A DNA stretch of 64,000 bases from Magallana gigas (Eukaryota). Below the pieces are notes generated by a model that had not been told where the DNA came from, did no database searches, and saw only the letters and a list, made by a program, of their open reading frames with translations. Below, piece by piece: positions 62,301-64,000 of the stretch. A program made the translations under genes and the position numbers. Position 1 is the stretch's first letter; each line of letters starts with the position of its first letter. The stretch lies in assembly GCF_963853765.1 (NCBI RefSeq), contig NC_088857.1:41044001-41108000 (forward strand). Direction: 5' to 3'.

Positions 62301-62708
62301 GATGGAGTCTTGTCGGAACATTTGAAAGTATGTGAGTTCAACCAGGAAAGTGACAAGATAATTCGCACTGAGAAGTTTAAGGTCATGGAGAATTTAGGTA
62401 GGTGTATTTTTTTTATGTATATACATAAGAAAAACTCAACAAAAAGTATGAGAATTATTTTCTGATTCAGTCTGTTGATCAGAGTATGAAGTATCGATAA
62501 TGTATCATGATATGGGAGGGGGTGGGGAGGGGTTGATATTATAATGATAACGTTCATACATGAAGATGATGTTAATCCCATAAAGATTTTTAAACATGAG
62601 TTATTTTTTATTATTATCATATTAAAGTCATAAAAATAGTTTTGATTTTTTTCCTTTTAATCATGTCTTTCAGATTTAGTTGAGACAACAGAACAAAAAG
62701 TGCAATAG
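56405..62708 (+). CDS. FBXO30: F-box protein FBXO30/FBXO40 family (TRAF-type Zn finger, C-terminal F-box), 4 exons, about 603 aa
   Basis: Exons 56405-56414 (inferred: GCCATGGCGCTTG|GTAAAA), 59555-61170, 62247-62397, 62674-62708; total 1812 nt, in phase. H-C..C cluster, VPCINCIYGCP, HISTCPASVVKCMIEWHRWP, CGQSFRRDEIAWHFKNVH, QRCPLAYLGC, F-box LITLPVEILEHIICYLDGFSLNNLS, and HLKVCEFN. First and last exons are less certain. Confidence 0.88.
56731..56775. mobile_element. 45-bp micro-MITE of the CATCTTCGCTAGCCAAGGG family nested in the larger element
   Basis: 20-bp arms (2 mismatches), 5-nt spacer; flanks CAAATGAAA / CGAATAAAA match at 7 of 9 positions. Confidence 0.75.
57389..58377. repeat. Tandem array of five 198-205 bp monomers
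   Basis: Monomers start at 57389, 57591, 57791, 57989 and 58194; each carries the palindrome TCTGCACCGCGGTGCAGA near its end (one copy mutated). Confidence 0.93.
58960..59399. mobile_element. Degenerate MITE with GTTCGCCC subterminal repeats and internal (AT)15
   Basis: Several TTCGCCC/TTCACCC copies at left and GGGCGAAC/GGCAAAC copies at right, ending GGGCGAACGAACCGGATACC; (AT)n at 59280-59309. Left terminus decayed. Confidence 0.5.
61355..61867. mobile_element. Kolobok-like non-autonomous element in FBXO intron 2
   Basis: TIR GGACTTGGACACGATTTGAGCTCAAAATTT (61357) and AAATTTTGAACTCAAATCATGTCCAAGTCCCT (ends 61867) followed by TTAA; the left TTAA is eroded. Confidence 0.8.
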
Positions 62709-64000
62709 ATGTGATAGATCAAATTCTTCAAACAAACTTCCATATATTGTGTTACGAGATGGTAAAGCCACTGTTATCCATATATGGTGCCTTTTATTAC
62801 TACATGTATTATGTGTTAATTGTTTTATCAAAGTCTTTCAATGTCAGTAGAAATGTCAACATTAAAACTACATAGTAATTTTAGTTAATCAAAGTCAAGA
62901 TATAGTAAATGATTCCAGAGTGTCTTTTTGATGGCCAAACCATTATGATGTCACAATTGATTTGTTAATTTTCCCCCCATACTTTCTTTACGGAGTTAAA
63001 TGAATTAAGAAAAAAATAAAACAGTTTCTTGACATTCTATTAAATCATTGGAAGAGTAATCCTGAAACAAACTTATATTCAATTCGACATCATTTTAAAG
63101 GTCAGGTCAAGAGCTTGTTTATTGCCATTTTTGGAGAGACTGTAGGCATTCTAGATTTATTTCATTGGTCAAAAATGAACAAAACTTTGAGATTTGTTAC
63201 TTATTTCCTTCATATTATATATAAATTGACAGTTAAAAACATGACTCTTCGTTGTGTTTACCTAACATTTAAGCCCTGATACACCCTATCAAACAGAGCT
63301 ATTGTTATGAAACATCATTCAAAGAATTTATATCCTGAACTTCTAAAACCTGAAGGCACTTTTTCATTTACTAGATCTTGACCTTAAAGTGCAGATAATC
63401 AGATTTTACAGTCAAACATCCTATTGTTCATATCCTCTTCATTTTTTGTTGAATATTTGTTTTATAGCTTGGATTGTGGGATTTTACATGCATGATCATT
63501 TTATGAGTGTAACAAATTTGTTTTGAAAGTCTTTTTGTTGAAATTTAATTATATTAAGTATGAATTCTTTTAGTGATATCTTTATATCAGAGGTTACATT
63601 GCTCTAAAAACTTAAGGATCTTTTATTTTTATTTAATTTTCCAATCTTTGTAACGGCTGGAATGTCTCTTAAAGTAATTTTCATGGTGAATTCAGAATGA
63701 TATATTTTTAAACCATTGTAATTCAATATTCTGGAAGAATACTGTTTTCTAATCAGAACATCAATAGCAAGTTGTATGCATCTGATTTATGTATGCATGA
63801 ACCTTATAGGCATTATTGGTAAGGCACCAATATATATGATTTGATAGATTTGTGTTTGTGTGATGATGTCCATACTGTTGATTGCAAATTTAATATATTT
63901 TGGAGGTAAGACCCCTCTCTTCAGTCAAATTAGTTGACAAGTCCTAGTTGCATTTATTCATTACATTGAAATCTGGTAAATATTAATTATGATGCAACGT

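Overview
Eukaryotic, intron-rich, AT-rich genomic DNA. The repeat motifs look like those of a Crassostrea/Magallana-type oyster; that assignment is my inference from recognising the motifs. Seven spliced protein-coding genes could be assembled by hand with open, phase-consistent exon chains: a C6orf89-like gene (+), PKMYT1/Myt1 kinase (+), SUPT5H/Spt5 (-), ZC3H4/6 (+), ZCCHC17 (+), APH-1 (-) and FBXO30/40 (+). SUPT5H/ZC3H4 and APH1/FBXO30 are head-to-head pairs. There are two minor-spliceosome (U12-type) introns: a GT-AG one in PKMYT1 and an apparent non-canonical AT-AA one splitting the CCCH array of ZC3H4. Introns and intergenic DNA carry many non-autonomous DNA elements, several with readable target-site duplications (3, 5, 6 and 9 bp). 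These include Helentron-type elements with internal satellite arrays, a 2.2-kb TIR element whose 200-bp internal monomers each repeat its terminal palindrome, a 45-100 bp hairpin micro-MITE family, and a foldback element built from 21/22-bp palindromic subrepeats. No intact transposase, rRNA, confident tRNA gene or CRISPR array was found. All exon models and counts were done by eye and need RNA-seq or homology confirmation.
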